From: Moniliella sp. 'wahieum'
Taxonomy: Eukaryota
Length of the DNA: 64,000 bases
Direction: 5' to 3'
Assembly (NCBI GenBank): GCA_003971905.1
Contig: RSEE01000059.1
Coordinates: 62,001 to 126,000, forward strand
Shown: positions 63,485 through 64,000 of the stretch, piece after piece
How positions within the stretch are numbered: the first letter of the stretch is position 1
Layout: each line of letters opens with the position of its first letter
The notes under the pieces: generated by a model
The model's database searches: none
What the model saw: the letters and a program-made list of their open reading frames with translations, nothing else
Told to the model about the DNA's origin: nothing
Position numbers and translations under genes: made by a program

Positions 63485-64000
63485 CTAGTAGTCAGCTGTG
63501 CCCGCATCAACGTCAATCACTTCAGACTCGGGAGAGCTCGCTCTCTGAGCGACGTGAGCGTTGGCTCGGCCTGGGTTGCGCGGAGGGACAACAGGTTTAT
63601 TAGACGTCGCGCTGCGCCAGGGTTGGTTGGTGCGGTCTTGCCCCTTGGTCTTTGTGTCCGCGAGGTTGTCGTCGCCGGCTTTGCCCCCGCTGGAGTTTTT
63701 TCCCCCGCTGGTGGGTCGTCCCCCGCTGTCGGGTCGAGTCCAAGGCGTTCCTCCGTTGACCGGCTTGCCTCCGTTTCTCTTCCTTTCTCCACCGGGATAC
63801 GTGGCGGCTGGTATGTCCATCACGGCCTGCCGTAACTTGTCTAGACTCGAGCGCTCTTCACGCTGGCGAATGCTCATGTCGCGTAAGCCGAGTAGGATCC
63901 CAGTGCGTTCCTGCTCTTCCGTAAGTGGGATGCCCGCTCGCGTCAGGCTTGCACTGATCTCTTCCATGTAGTCGAGGTAGTCTCGACCCGATCGGTTTCC
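63485..64000 (-). CDS. gag: Copia gag, C-terminal part
   Basis: An open frame (YLDYMEEISASLTRAGIPLTEEQERTGILLGL...) upstream of and in frame with pol, ending in TAG at 63487-63485. Confidence 0.75.
   Translation of the reverse strand, partial: GNRSGRDYLDYMEEISASLTRAGIPLTEEQERTGILLGLRDMSIRQREERSSLDKLRQAVMDIPAATYPGGERKRNGGKPVNGGTPWTRPDSGGRPTSGGKNSSGGKAGDDNLADTKTKGQDRTNQPWRSATSNKPVVPPRNPGRANAHVAQRASSPESEVIDVDAGTADY

Larger units (their letters stand above)
59447..64000 (-). mobile_element. Ty1/copia LTR retrotransposon (5' end beyond window)
   Basis: Domain order gag-PR-IN-RT-RH on the minus strand, followed by a purine-rich tract and a 3' LTR. Confidence 0.95.

Overview
GC-rich, gene-dense eukaryotic DNA from a fungus. 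Short GT-AG introns with CTRAC branch points and the gene content suggest a basidiomycete, probably a smut-like Ustilaginomycotina (inference). Most conserved genes, including RPS24, RPS10 and Nup57, are split across reading frames, which points to indel errors in the assembly, so CDS boundaries are approximate. Housekeeping genes in order: pyruvate decarboxylase (5' part), RPS24, an Rxt3-like HDAC subunit, malic enzyme, a DYRK/Pom1-type kinase, PPM1, a trypsin-like protease, PIF1 helicase, carnitine acyltransferase, a coiled-coil hypothetical, RPS10, a UBA protein, an amino acid permease, an intron-containing tRNA-Phe, a Rom2/Rgf-type RhoGEF, Nup57 and a hypothetical. Accessory content: (i) a ~4.5 kb CACTA/CMC-like DNA transposon with ~450-500 bp terminal inverted repeats at 33696-38164, plus a diverged second copy of its ORF2 region at ~54.4-55.3 kb; (ii) a Ty1/copia retrotransposon at the right edge. 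In the copia element gag and pol are in frame and separated by one UAG (candidate stop-codon readthrough), the RT motif is HTDD, and the LTR carries a double TGACTCA/E-box cassette. A window-wide intergenic pattern of 7-nt-period arrays built from different A....T palindromic hexamers also stands out.
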